IMG/VR virus record: IMGVR_UViG_3300032242_002477 | Span: 10,581 to 74,580 of that record | Direction: 5' to 3' (one strand) | Length of the DNA: 64,000 nucleotides | DNA from: a virus | Part shown: positions 54,204-64,000 of the stretch, one piece after another | Numbering within the stretch: the first letter of the stretch is position 1 | How the letters are laid out: each line of letters starts with the position of its first letter | Notes under the pieces: generated by a model | What the model was told of the DNA's origin: nothing | Database searches by the model: none | What the model saw: only the letters and a program-made list of their open reading frames with translations | Position numbers and translations under genes: made by a program

Positions 54204-55790
54204 ATGAATGAGAAAGAATTTTTTGACGAAGACGACCTTAGCGTTGAAGAGGAACTGCTAGATGAGTTAATTCCTGAAGAAGAAGAAGAGGAAGAGCTTG
54301 ATGAGCTTTCTAAAGAATTTGTAGCAAAAATTATTGACAAGTGCATGCAATTTATGGAGGCACTTGTTGGGCATGACCTTCACCCATATCAAAAGCCTCT
54401 TGCACGAAGGATGATGGAATCAATCATCATTAATGATGGCGAAGAAATTACAGCTCTTGCTGCTCGTCAATCTGGTAAATCTGAAACAATTGCTAATACA
54501 GTTGTAACTATGATGGTTTTACTACCAAGACTGGCGCAAATGTATCCAGATTTGCTTAGTCGGTTTAAAGACGGAATTTGGGTAGGCATGTTTGCTCCTG
54601 TGGAAGGTCAAGTAGAAACTCTTTTTGGACGGGCAGTTAACCGTTTAACTAGTGAACGTGCTTTAGAAATTCTTGGTGACCCAGAAATTGACGACAGTGT
54701 AGGTAAAGTGGCTGGAGTTACTCGTCAAATTAAATTAAAAAACTCAGGCAGTAGTTTGACAATGATGACTGCAAACCCTCGTGCAAAAATTGAGTCTAAA
54801 TCATTTCATCTTATTGTTATTGATGAGTGTCAAGAGGCTGATGATTTTGTAGTCTCTAAATCTATCTCCCCAATGTTGGCTTATTATTCAGGTACTATGG
54901 TTAAAACAGGTACACCTACTACATCTAAAAATAATTTTTACCGTTCTATACAACTTAATAAACGTCGTCAAACAAGTGCGCGTTCTCGTCAAAATCATTT
55001 TGAATGGGATTGGAAAGACGTAGCAAAATACAACGCTAATTACGCAAAGTTTATTAAACGTGAAAAGCTGCGTATTGGCGAGGATTCAGACGAGTTTCAA
55101 ATGTCTTACTCATGTAAATGGTTGTTAGAGCGTGGTATGTTCGTTACTTCTGCAATCATGGATGAGCTAGGCGATACTTCTATGGAGACAGTAAAAGCAT
55201 GGCACCGAACCCCTGTTGTTGTAGGTATAGACCCCGCACGTAAACTAGATTCAACAGTGGTAACAGTTGTGTGGGTAGACTGGGACCGCCCAGATGAATT
55301 TGGCTACTTTGACCACCGCATTTTTAATTGGCTTGAAATTCAAGGCGACGATTGGGAGGACCAATACTTTCAAATTGTTAACTTTCTTTCTAACTATGAT
55401 GTATTAGCTGTTGGAGTTGACGCTAACGGAGTGGGCGACGCAGTAGCTCAACGTTTAAAATTGTTGTTGCCTGGTTCTGAAGTTTATGCGCTTGGAAGTA
55501 GCCAACCCGAGCAGTCTAAGAGATGGAAACATTTAAAAGCTCTGTTAGACCGTAGAATGATTGGATGGCCTGCCCATGCTAAAACTCGTCGCCTTAAAAC
55601 ATGGAAGCGTTTTTACCAACAGATGACCGACCTAGAAACCAAATTTACGGGGCCTAACTTTTTAGCCAAAGCCCCCGATGAAGCCCACGCTCACGATGAT
55701 TTTGCTGATTCTTTGGCTATTGCGGTTTCTCTTACTGTAGATATGACCATGCCTTCGGTAGAGGTGTCCAGTTCACCATTTTTTAGATAA
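54204..55790 (+). CDS. terL: Terminase large subunit
   Basis: HPYQ, ARQSGKS, IVIDE, TGTP, VGIDPA..DST, DANGVG, HDDFADS motifs. Confidence 0.92.
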   Translation: MNEKEFFDEDDLSVEEELLDELIPEEEEEEELDELSKEFVAKIIDKCMQFMEALVGHDLHPYQKPLARRMMESIIINDGEEITALAARQSGKSETIANTVVTMMVLLPRLAQMYPDLLSRFKDGIWVGMFAPVEGQVETLFGRAVNRLTSERALEILGDPEIDDSVGKVAGVTRQIKLKNSGSSLTMMTANPRAKIESKSFHLIVIDECQEADDFVVSKSISPMLAYYSGTMVKTGTPTTSKNNFYRSIQLNKRRQTSARSRQNHFEWDWKDVAKYNANYAKFIKREKLRIGEDSDEFQMSYSCKWLLERGMFVTSAIMDELGDTSMETVKAWHRTPVVVGIDPARKLDSTVVTVVWVDWDRPDEFGYFDHRIFNWLEIQGDDWEDQYFQIVNFLSNYDVLAVGVDANGVGDAVAQRLKLLLPGSEVYALGSSQPEQSKRWKHLKALLDRRMIGWPAHAKTRRLKTWKRFYQQMTDLETKFTGPNFLAKAPDEAHAHDDFADSLAIAVSLTVDMTMPSVEVSSSPFFR

Positions 55791-55872
55791 ATATGACTTT
55801 AGCATGTATAACTTGCAAATCTATAGCACACTTTATGTGAGGCCCTCAACCTATACTTCAAGGAGTCATTAA

Positions 55873-56271
55873 ATGACAATTGCACCAGACCCACAGTTTC
55901 CAGAACGCCCAGGAACTATATACGACCGCAAAGTATCAGCAGCTATCCCAGGACAACGTGGCCCACTTCGTTTTGAAGAGGGTATTGCAACAGACACAGA
56001 TGTCCCACAGGAATTTTCTAAAGGTGCTGCACAGGGTTACATCCCTGCCCCAGGTCGCTTAAATCGTAATCAGAATGTCTTTGAAAAGCCAGCCGAAGAG
56101 ACAATGCGCGAACGCGCACACGTCGGTTCTGCTGCTTGGGTAGAAGCTCCTACACACTTGCAAGAGTTTGCAGGCGCAGCTTTTACTGACCACGGAGTAC
56201 ACGTTTTTGAAGAAGAGTTTCGCAGCGGCGGGCATCAACAGCGTTTAAATCCAGCAGTAGTTCAGGACTAA
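55873..56271 (+). CDS. Hypothetical protein (N-terminal PQF)
   Basis: AAGGAG RBS; RGPLRFEEG.ATDTD.P. Confidence 0.65.
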   Translation: MTIAPDPQFPERPGTIYDRKVSAAIPGQRGPLRFEEGIATDTDVPQEFSKGAAQGYIPAPGRLNRNQNVFEKPAEETMRERAHVGSAAWVEAPTHLQEFAGAAFTDHGVHVFEEEFRSGGHQQRLNPAVVQD

Positions 56272-56346
56272 TTAAATAAGTTTCTTGATTCCCCTGCTTC
56301 TACGACAAGTAAGTAGCGGGGGACAAGAGCCTATTAAGGAAAAATC

Positions 56347-56655
56347 ATGGCATTAATCCAAGGTAAAGAAGTTAAAGAAGGCCCTAAAGAACTTCCAGCT
56401 AATCCACGTCTTTGGAACATGATTACTATTCAAGCAAAAACTCGTTTTCCTAAATATCCGTCTCCAGCAGCCGCTCACTGGGTACATTCTCGTTATTTAC
56501 AGCTAGGCGGTAAGTTCGTTCAATCAAAAAAACAGATTGACCCACGTTTTAGAGATTACGCACAAGAAGCCATGGATAAGCGAGAAAAATCAATTAAACA
56601 AAAAGTAACCCATCCTGTTGGTAGAGGAACTATTAAAGGCGAGCACTTTAAATAA
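56347..56655 (+). CDS. Hypothetical protein
   Basis: PANPRLW...AK..F..YPS....W....Y...GG. Confidence 0.6.
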   Translation: MALIQGKEVKEGPKELPANPRLWNMITIQAKTRFPKYPSPAAAHWVHSRYLQLGGKFVQSKKQIDPRFRDYAQEAMDKREKSIKQKVTHPVGRGTIKGEHFK

Positions 56656-56716
56656 CTTTAAATCGATTTGTCGACATTGTGATACAGTATAGTAATCAAA
56701 TTATGGAGGTGAGTAG

Positions 56717-58435
56717 TTGAGCGGTATTGATTTTTCGCCCCCTTCGTACAGGGCGGCGTCGTCAGACCTAACTATCTCTATTTCTCCTCTTGGTTTAGTT
56801 GAACTAGCTGACGAAGAGTTTGAAGTCCACGGCCCTCGTTTAAACCGTTACTCACTTAACTGGGCCATGTATCTAGGACATCATTATTCTTACCGCCGAC
56901 AAGTAGGCGAATCACAAATGGTAATGAATTATTATCGAGCCTTTACAGATTTTATTCTTAATTTTACATTCAGCAAAGGTGTTCAGTTTCGCAGCCCTAA
57001 GCAGACTGAAGCTATTGTTCCAGATATATTAGAGCGCGTATGGGAAGTAGATAATAATAAAGCTACAGTTTTGTGGGAAATTGGACAGCAGGGTGGCGTG
57101 TCTGGTGATTGCTTTATTAAAGTAGCTTATGAAGAAGCCTATACAGACCCCGCTGGCCGTTTGCATCCTGGGCGTGTAAGAGTTTTACCTCTTAATTCTA
57201 GTTTTTGTTTTCCAGAGTTTCACCCACATGACCGTGAACGCCTTATTCGTTTTAAACTTAAGTATCGTTTTTGGGGCACTAGCTTAGAAGGCACTCGACA
57301 AGTATTTACTTATACGGAAATATTAACAGAAGATGTAATTGAGGAATACATTAATGATGAACTCATCGACTCCCGTCCAAATCCGCTTGGTGTCATTCCT
57401 ATTGTCCACATTCCTAACATTCGTATTTCTGGTAGCCCTTGGGGTTTGTCTGATTGCTATGATATTATCAGTATTAATCGTTCTTATAATGAAACTGCTA
57501 CTGATATTGCCGACATTGTTAATTACCATGCTGCGCCAGTTACAGTCATCATTGGAGCAAAAGCATCCCAACTTGAAAAAGGCGCAAACAAAGTTTGGGG
57601 CGGACTTCCAAAAGACGCTAGAGTCGAAAACCTTGAAGGCGGTGCACAAGGATTAAAAGGTGCAATGGAGTTTTTGGCTATGATGAAAAAAGCCATGCAC
57701 GAAATGGTAGGGGTACCAGAAACCGCACTTGGTCAAGCACAACCAATTTCTAACACTTCAGGTGTTGCTCTTTCTATTCAGTTTCAACCTTTAATGAACC
57801 GTTACCATCAAAAGATTGTTCAGTACGCTCACGGATTAGAGCGTGTAAACGAATTAATTATGTTAAATCTTGCAGTAAAAGAGCCAGAAGTATTTACTTG
57901 GAATCCAGATTCAAGTACAGTACCTTTAAAACCAGGTCAATTACCTCAACTAGACCCTAATGACCCAATTACCTATAGTTCCATTGTTCACTTTCCACAA
58001 CCTTTACCTCTTGATAAATTAATCGCCCTTAATGAAGTGCAAACCATGATGTCTCTTGGTTTAGAGTCAAAAGAAGGCGCCTTACGTTCATTAGGTGAAG
58101 AGTTCCCCACAGAAAAATTAACAGAAATTCGTCAAGAGCTTATGGATGATGCTAAGGCGGATGGTGCGCTTAATCTTATTAAGACTCAAATTCAAAACGA
58201 AATTGCAAGTCTAACGGGCATGATGCCTAGCCCAGATGGAATGCCGCAGCCCGTTATGGGAGGCCCCGAAGGAGCAACGCCTAAAGGTCCTCAGCCTAAT
58301 GCTGCAACTCCTATATTAGATGAGGCCCAGATGATGACTCAGATGGGTGAGCAGGGCATACGAAATGCGTTAGTAACTGAAGCTTATGGTACAAAGCTGC
58401 CTCAACGCCGAATACCAGAAGATTACGAAAAATAA
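56717..58435 (+). CDS. Portal protein (SPP1 gp6-like)
   Basis: Located after terL; PNPLGVIPIVHIPN, WGLSD, SGVAL motifs. Confidence 0.85.
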   Translation: MSGIDFSPPSYRAASSDLTISISPLGLVELADEEFEVHGPRLNRYSLNWAMYLGHHYSYRRQVGESQMVMNYYRAFTDFILNFTFSKGVQFRSPKQTEAIVPDILERVWEVDNNKATVLWEIGQQGGVSGDCFIKVAYEEAYTDPAGRLHPGRVRVLPLNSSFCFPEFHPHDRERLIRFKLKYRFWGTSLEGTRQVFTYTEILTEDVIEEYINDELIDSRPNPLGVIPIVHIPNIRISGSPWGLSDCYDIISINRSYNETATDIADIVNYHAAPVTVIIGAKASQLEKGANKVWGGLPKDARVENLEGGAQGLKGAMEFLAMMKKAMHEMVGVPETALGQAQPISNTSGVALSIQFQPLMNRYHQKIVQYAHGLERVNELIMLNLAVKEPEVFTWNPDSSTVPLKPGQLPQLDPNDPITYSSIVHFPQPLPLDKLIALNEVQTMMSLGLESKEGALRSLGEEFPTEKLTEIRQELMDDAKADGALNLIKTQIQNEIASLTGMMPSPDGMPQPVMGGPEGATPKGPQPNAATPILDEAQMMTQMGEQGIRNALVTEAYGTKLPQRRIPEDYEK

Positions 58436-58543
58436 TTAGTTTAGGCTGACAATTTATCGTAATAGCACGAAAATTGAATAGTAAAAATGTTAGGTCATAC
58501 GTGCTCACATATTGGAAAACGACCCCTAGGATAAGGACGAAAA

Positions 58544-59332
58544 ATGTCAGACGCAACTCCGTCTGCAGAAGCTTTTGCGGCTGAAGCAGGAACGACCCCA
58601 GTAGTAGTAGATAACGGTGGAAACAATCCACAAACTATTCCTACTAAAACTGAAAACTCAAAATTTTATACAGAAGATGATTTAGTTAAAGTGCGCTCAC
58701 AGGAAAAAGACAAACTCTATCCTGTTATCGACCAACTAAAGGAAGAACTTTCACTACTTAAAAAAAGTAAGGAAGAAGAAACCGCTCATAAAGCAGAAAT
58801 TGCCGCTCAAGAAGAAGCTGAGCGCTCTGCTCGTGAAAAAGCCAAAATTGAAGAAGAGCTTTCAGCTAAAGATTTAATTAAGGCTAAGGAACAAGAGTGG
58901 CAGCAAATGCTGGAACAGGAACGCCAAGAGCGTGAAACTGCAATCGCTTTGTTGGAGCGTGAAAGAGCCTATGCAGATTTAACTAATTATAGAGCACAAA
59001 GACTTGAGCAAGAGCGCGAAAACATCATCCCCGAGCTCGTTGATTTAATCAGCGGCAATACTCGTGAAGAACTTGATGCAAGCCTCGAAGGACTTAAGGA
59101 ACGCTCATCTAGAATTCTCGAATCGGCGCAGCAAGCTATGCAAACTGCTCGTAAAGAGATGACGGGGACACGTGCAACGTTTCCCCCAGCAGGACCCATG
59201 GAAACTAATTCGGACTCACGTCAGTTCACCGCTGCAGATATTGCAAATATGTCTATGGCAGATTACGCAAAAAATCGCGACCGCATCATGAGCAACACTG
59301 CTCGTGGCGAGACAAAGGGATTACTCGGGTAA
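58544..59332 (+). CDS. Capsid scaffolding protein
   Basis: Acidic coiled coil between portal and capsid; I.NMSMADYAK.R C-terminus. Confidence 0.75.
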   Translation: MSDATPSAEAFAAEAGTTPVVVDNGGNNPQTIPTKTENSKFYTEDDLVKVRSQEKDKLYPVIDQLKEELSLLKKSKEEETAHKAEIAAQEEAERSAREKAKIEEELSAKDLIKAKEQEWQQMLEQERQERETAIALLERERAYADLTNYRAQRLEQERENIIPELVDLISGNTREELDASLEGLKERSSRILESAQQAMQTARKEMTGTRATFPPAGPMETNSDSRQFTAADIANMSMADYAKNRDRIMSNTARGETKGLLG

Positions 59333-59371
59333 CCCATAATTAACCACAAACCAACTAAGGAGCTCATTTAA

Positions 59372-60442
59372 ATGGCATCTGGTATTACGGGTACAGGCAA
59401 TCTCGCTGCGTCCCCAACCGCGTACTCAGGTACAAACACCCAGCTCACACAAGCGATTCAGACAATCTGGTCCAAGGAAATCTTGTTCCAAGCAATGCCT
59501 ATCCTTCGTTTTGAGCAATTTGCTGTCAAGAAGACAGAACTTGGTGTTGCACCTGGTCTTCAGATTAACTTCATGCGTTACAACAACCTCGGATTTGCTT
59601 CACCTCTTGTTGAAGGTGTCCGTATGCAGACTAACGCTCTCACAGCACAGCAGTTCTCAATCACTGTAACTGAGCATGGTTATGCTCTTGCAGTTTCTGA
59701 ACTATTGCTAAATGCTTCATTTGATGACGTAATGGCTTCAGCCTCACGTCTTCTTGGTCGTAACATGGCTGTCTACTTAGACCAGCTCTCACGCGACACC
59801 CTATATGCAGCAACATCAACAATTTACGGTGAAGACCGCTCAGCTCTTACAGCTGTAAACAACTGGTATGCAGATGGAACAAAGGGCACTACCCGCGCTT
59901 CTATGACGGGTAACTTCTTCATGACTCCTCACACTGTTAAGGATGCTGTCGAAACATTGGCAACAAAGAATATCCCACGGTTGGGCGAAACCTATGTTGC
60001 ATTTGTTCACCCTCACCAATCTCGTAAACTCCGTGACAATCCTGAGTTTATCGAAGTAACAAAGTACGCTGCTCCAGGTAACTTCATGCTCGGTGAAATC
60101 GGACGTCTTTATGACTGCGTATTCATCGAGACCACACAGGTCCTTAAGGTTGCTGGTGGTGCTGGTACTTCTTACAGTGCGGACACAGTTGTTTCTAACC
60201 CAGTAGTTGTTCCTGGTGGAGGATACACAACCCCTGCTACCTACACAGGTAACGGTGGAGCAGACCGCTACTCCGCTATCTTCATTGGAGATAACGCATT
60301 CGGTCACGCTATCTCACTTCCAGTCGAACTCCGCGATGGCGGTATCTTGGACTTCGGACGTGAACACGCACTTGCTTGGTACTCAATCTTCGGTCTTGGT
60401 CTAATCACTGACCAGTCTGTAATCATTGCAGAAACCAACTAA
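59372..60442 (+). CDS. Major capsid protein (N4-gp56-like)
   Basis: L.EG, EHG, FVHPHQ..LR, GEIG, DFGR..LAWY..G motifs; strong codon bias. Confidence 0.9.
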   Translation: MASGITGTGNLAASPTAYSGTNTQLTQAIQTIWSKEILFQAMPILRFEQFAVKKTELGVAPGLQINFMRYNNLGFASPLVEGVRMQTNALTAQQFSITVTEHGYALAVSELLLNASFDDVMASASRLLGRNMAVYLDQLSRDTLYAATSTIYGEDRSALTAVNNWYADGTKGTTRASMTGNFFMTPHTVKDAVETLATKNIPRLGETYVAFVHPHQSRKLRDNPEFIEVTKYAAPGNFMLGEIGRLYDCVFIETTQVLKVAGGAGTSYSADTVVSNPVVVPGGGYTTPATYTGNGGADRYSAIFIGDNAFGHAISLPVELRDGGILDFGREHALAWYSIFGLGLITDQSVIIAETN

Positions 60443-60460
60443 GTTACAACTTAATAGCTT

Positions 60461-60492
60461 AAAGGGCGGGGCCGAAAGGCCCCGTCTTATTT
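60461..60492 (+). terminator. Terminator hairpin after the capsid gene
   Basis: GGGCGGGGCC-GAAA-GGCCCCGTCT followed by TATTT. Confidence 0.75.
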
Positions 60493-60521
60493 AACCGAGT
60501 TACTAATTAGGAGAATATATA

Positions 60522-60887
60522 ATGGCAACAAAAAAATCGCCAACGGATGTCACGGGCCGTAATCGTGACGAACTCGCTAGTCAGTTTGCTGAAACACAAG
60601 TAGAGCGTGCTGGAGAAATGTCTTTAGCTACAGCGGAAGCTGCTCAACAGCTAGACCAAGCAATTGATGCAACTAAGCCTAATCGCGCAACAGTTATTGT
60701 TGATAGCATAATAAACACCGCTAAACCAGACGATGATACTGTAGAGATTCGTGTAGTCGAAAGTATAGACAGCATGACTCTTGGGGCAGGAAATTACTAC
60801 TCTTTTAAAGCGGGTCAAAAGTATGTGGTATCACGTCACGTAGCGAACCATCTTAAGGAAAAAGGCTATTTAGCTGCAAATATTTGA
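60522..60887 (+). CDS. Hypothetical head-associated protein
   Basis: Follows the capsid gene; F..GQKY.V...VA.HL.EKG. Confidence 0.55.
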   Translation: MATKKSPTDVTGRNRDELASQFAETQVERAGEMSLATAEAAQQLDQAIDATKPNRATVIVDSIINTAKPDDDTVEIRVVESIDSMTLGAGNYYSFKAGQKYVVSRHVANHLKEKGYLAANI

Positions 60888-60990
60888 CAGCATAAGGCTG
60901 GCGAACTGGCGGGCTTAGGCCCGCTTTTTCGTTTATAGAGATTTTTTAATAAATTCACGTCAAAATTATCCATAGGCGTTAGGAGTTCTG

Positions 60991-62055
60991 GTGGCTTTAA
61001 TTTCAGATTTGCTGTCTAGAGTTCGCACTGAATTAGCGGACCAACCTCGCCAATTTCGTAAAGTAATTGTCGGAGACGCAAACACTGTTGATTTTGTTCT
61101 TGGATACAAACCAGTAGACCCACTTACACTTCTTGTGACCGTAAATGGCACTCCAATAGCTAATCCAACTGGATACACTTTAGAAGCAAATTTTGGAGTT
61201 ATACATTTTGTAAGCGCTCCAAGTGCAGGTGCTACTATTGAAGTTACTGGAAGTGCGTATCGTTATTTTAATGATGCAGACCTATCTACGTTTATCAATA
61301 CTGCCGTTACCCAACATACTTACAATAAAACAGATTCATACGGTTCACTTACAACTCTTGCTTCTATCCAACCAATTGAAGAATACCCCGTGGCTTTGTT
61401 AGCGGTAGTTGAAGCTCTATGGGCATTAGCTACAGATGCCGCTTTTGATATAGACATTTCTGCTCCAGATGGCGTATCTATCCCTCGTTCTGAGCGTTAT
61501 CGTCAACTTAGCCAAACTATTCAATCTCGTATGGACCAATACACGTCTATGTGTAGAGCGCTTAATATTGGTATTTATCGTATTGAAATAGGAGTTTTGC
61601 GCCGAGTTTCTCGCACAACTAACAAACTTATACCTGTGTATGTGCCCCAAGAAATTGACGATTCTCGCAGACCAGAACGCGTATATATTCAAAATGATTT
61701 ACTTGGTCGTACTCCTCCACCAGCATATGGACAGATTTACGACCTTGTTTTATATCAAGGTGATTCATTTGCTTGTGAGTTTGATTTTCCATTTAATGTT
61801 ACTGGGTACAATTTTGCTGCTCAATTTCGTACGTATCCAAACGCGCCATCACTTTATGCAAGCTTTACTATAACTGTTTTATCAGCTAGCTCAACAGTAA
61901 GCAAGGTAAAACTATCCCTTGATAAAAACTCAACTGCTTACCTTCCTGTACGTGGTTTTTGGGATTTGCAAATGACTTCTTCATCGGACTCAACTTATGA
62001 AAATACGCCTATACATGGGCAAGTTTTTGTTATTCAGCAGGTAACCCTTGACTAA
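60991..62055 (+). CDS. Head-tail adaptor/connector-like virion protein
   Basis: L.RVR.EL.D and F.D.DL motifs; C-terminal LYQGD baseplate-upper-like domain; gene position. Confidence 0.6.
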   Translation: MALISDLLSRVRTELADQPRQFRKVIVGDANTVDFVLGYKPVDPLTLLVTVNGTPIANPTGYTLEANFGVIHFVSAPSAGATIEVTGSAYRYFNDADLSTFINTAVTQHTYNKTDSYGSLTTLASIQPIEEYPVALLAVVEALWALATDAAFDIDISAPDGVSIPRSERYRQLSQTIQSRMDQYTSMCRALNIGIYRIEIGVLRRVSRTTNKLIPVYVPQEIDDSRRPERVYIQNDLLGRTPPPAYGQIYDLVLYQGDSFACEFDFPFNVTGYNFAAQFRTYPNAPSLYASFTITVLSASSTVSKVKLSLDKNSTAYLPVRGFWDLQMTSSSDSTYENTPIHGQVFVIQQVTLD

Positions 62056-62446
62056 CTGCAGCTGCCAAAATACATGCACCTGCGGATTAACAGTTATTCC
62101 GCAATCTCCCATAGTAATTAATGTACTACCTTCAACACAAACAATTCAAAGCACTAATCCTATTGTTGTAGGCCCAGGTCAAGGTGGCTCTACGGGTCCG
62201 CAAGGAATACAAGGTATCCAGGGAATTCAAGGCCTAATTGGACCTCAACCTAATATCTTTTACACCCATACGCAATCAATACCATCCAACACTTGGACTA
62301 TACCTCATAACTTAAACGGACACCCAACAGTTGTAGTTTTAGACTCCGCAGGCACCCAATGTGAGGGTAATATTAGCTATACAGACAATAACATCATGGT
62401 AGTAACCTTTAGCGCTGCTTTTAGCGGTATTGCCTACGTAATTTAG
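62048..62446 (+). CDS. Collagen-like minor structural protein
   Basis: GPQGIQGIQGIQG; YTHTQ..PS.TW.I.HNL..HP.V.V. Confidence 0.7.
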   Translation: MTNCSCQNTCTCGLTVIPQSPIVINVLPSTQTIQSTNPIVVGPGQGGSTGPQGIQGIQGIQGLIGPQPNIFYTHTQSIPSNTWTIPHNLNGHPTVVVLDSAGTQCEGNISYTDNNIMVVTFSAAFSGIAYVI

Positions 62447-62454
62447 GAGAGAAA

Positions 62455-63996
62455 ATGTCACGTAAGTTTTTAACATCCATTGATTTAACCAAAAATGAAT
62501 TGCAAAACGCGGTCATTCAAAACCTTGCGTCAGCTCCTTCATCACCAGTTGCTGGACAGGTTTACTATGATACCGTTGAAAAACAATTATATGTTTACAA
62601 TGGGTCAGCTTGGAATCAATCAACAGGTATTGAAACTGGCACCCTTTCTAGTAGGCCGTCAGCGGGTGCTGCAACTTCGGGCATATTTTATTACGCTACT
62701 GATAACTTTCTTATGTACTACTCGAACGGTAGCACATGGCAACAAATAGACGCTTTTGGCTCTGGCGCATCTACAACAGTAGCAATTGCGGGAACTGCTG
62801 CAGACGGCTCTTCTACTAACTACGCTCGCGCAGACCACACGCATGCTGGTCCAGGCTTTGCTTCACCAACAAGCACAACTACTTATGGCCTATCTGCTGT
62901 AACAGGTTCTGCTACCACAGTAGCTCGCTCAGACCACACTCATGGAACCCCATCACTTTCTACAAACGCTGCAACAAATATTTCTACCACAACTGCTGCA
63001 AACGGTTCTGGTACTGCACCTGCTAAAGATGACCACGTTCACGGTTTTGCACCTAGCGGATTTGCACTTAGCGCATTTGGCGTACCTACTTCTGCTGTTC
63101 CTTTTAACGCACAGAAGATTACAGGTCTTGCTGACCCAACTAATCCACAAGACGCAGCTACTAAAAACTATGTAGACTCAACAGCACAAGGACTTGACGT
63201 AAAACAATCTGTCCGCGCAGCCACTACAGTAGCGGGAACTCTTGCTTCTTCCTTTGCTAATGGTTCTGTGATTGACGGTGTTACTCTTGCAACGGGTGAC
63301 CGCATCCTTATTAAAAATCAAGCATCTGGCGCTGATAATGGTATCTATACTGTAAACGCTTCGGGGGCCCCAACTCGCGCAACTGATGCAGATGTTAATT
63401 CAGAAGTTACTGCTGGCATGTTTGTATTTATTGCAGAAGGAACAGTAAACGCAGATACTGGCTATGTTCTTACAACTAACGACCCCATCACTTTAGGGTC
63501 TACTGCTCTTACATTTACTCAGTTCTCTGGCGCTGGAACTTACACAGCCTCTAACGGTGTTTTGCTTACTGGCTCTAACTTTACCTTTAATCCAGACACA
63601 ACTGGTGGTTTAAAAACTGGTTCTGGGGGAGGCGCAGTTAAACTTCCAACAACTTCAGGTTTAACTACAGACTCCACGGGGCTATATGTAACTGCTGGCC
63701 TTGGTATTACCATTTCTGGAGCTGGCGCGGCGGGAGCTGCAACAACCAACCAGGTTGCAATCAACACAGATACAGTTGTTAGAAAGTATGCTACGGCTAT
63801 TGGTGACGGAGCAACCACCTCAATTACAGTAACACACAACTTGAATACTCGAGATGTTACGGTAGGCGTGTACTCAGCTACATCTACATATGATGAAGTA
63901 GAGTGCGACGTACAGCATACATCAGTTAACACTGTAACCTTATTGTTCTCAGTTGCCCCTACAACAGGGCAATATCGCGTAGTAGTACATGGATAA
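62455..63996 (+). CDS. Tail-fibre/structural fibre protein
   Basis: ARADHTH repeats, KITGLADPT..QDAATKNYVD, GDRILIKNQ..NGIY, C-terminal THNL.TRDV.V. Confidence 0.75.
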   Translation: MSRKFLTSIDLTKNELQNAVIQNLASAPSSPVAGQVYYDTVEKQLYVYNGSAWNQSTGIETGTLSSRPSAGAATSGIFYYATDNFLMYYSNGSTWQQIDAFGSGASTTVAIAGTAADGSSTNYARADHTHAGPGFASPTSTTTYGLSAVTGSATTVARSDHTHGTPSLSTNAATNISTTTAANGSGTAPAKDDHVHGFAPSGFALSAFGVPTSAVPFNAQKITGLADPTNPQDAATKNYVDSTAQGLDVKQSVRAATTVAGTLASSFANGSVIDGVTLATGDRILIKNQASGADNGIYTVNASGAPTRATDADVNSEVTAGMFVFIAEGTVNADTGYVLTTNDPITLGSTALTFTQFSGAGTYTASNGVLLTGSNFTFNPDTTGGLKTGSGGGAVKLPTTSGLTTDSTGLYVTAGLGITISGAGAAGAATTNQVAINTDTVVRKYATAIGDGATTSITVTHNLNTRDVTVGVYSATSTYDEVECDVQHTSVNTVTLLFSVAPTTGQYRVVVHG

Positions 63997-64000
63997 AATA

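Noticed and set aside
62133-62143. Extra CAACACAAACA copy
   Set aside because: It lies inside a CDS with no G-tract or CRP-type box, so it is likely chance.
1-64000. tRNA genes, introns or inteins in polA, nrdJ, dnaB, recA and terL; a cobalamin riboswitch or NrdR box before nrdJ
   Set aside because: None recognised by eye and the protein lengths look normal. tRNAscan and Infernal were not run, so small RNAs cannot be excluded.

Overview
This window is part of a tailed dsDNA bacteriophage genome of roughly 40% GC by eye. The host is very likely an actinobacterium, based on two WhiB genes, DUF4192- and DUF7455-like genes, an actinobacterial-type LexA box and leaderless TANNNT promoters; a low-GC freshwater lineage is plausible but inferred. 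Layout: (1) 1-17.6 kb, + strand: replication and recombination genes (DnaC-like loader, DnaB, primase, dNMP kinase, SNF2 helicase, SSB-like, PolA, RecA, resolvases, WhiB, Cas4-like nuclease, proteasome-like Ntn hydrolase, SpoVS, phosphoesterase). (2) 17.6-27 kb, + strand: small hypothetical genes, an ART-like gene, a nucleotidyltransferase/HAD/TGT-like trio and a class II RNR. (3) 27-39.8 kb, - strand: a probable early region. (4) 39.8-64 kb, + strand: small effector-like genes, Hsp20, lysis genes, terminase, portal, scaffold, major capsid, and head-tail or fibre genes. The main find is at 32.3-39.3 kb: nine unrelated 1-2-gene cassettes, each with its own promoter and, in most cases, a visible terminator-like hairpin. 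They are separated by a conserved multipartite element of about 120 bp (minus strand: TGTTTGTGTTG..GCCCACCCACCC..GGGAAT..GAGAG..TGTGA-N6-TCACA-N5-AGGGTGTAGGT-N17/18-TANNNT). The ten promoter copies each carry a CRP-type box, and a perfect LexA box sits at the head of the array. Secondary finds are a probable RBS-sequestering pseudoknot before polA, two paralogous R-S-E ADP-ribosyltransferase-like genes, a shared N-terminal 'QF' motif on unrelated small proteins, a triple 23-bp 'IQAIEKEL'/RBS repeat, and a gene with an apparent ATT start. All family calls come from motif recognition by eye; no searches were run.
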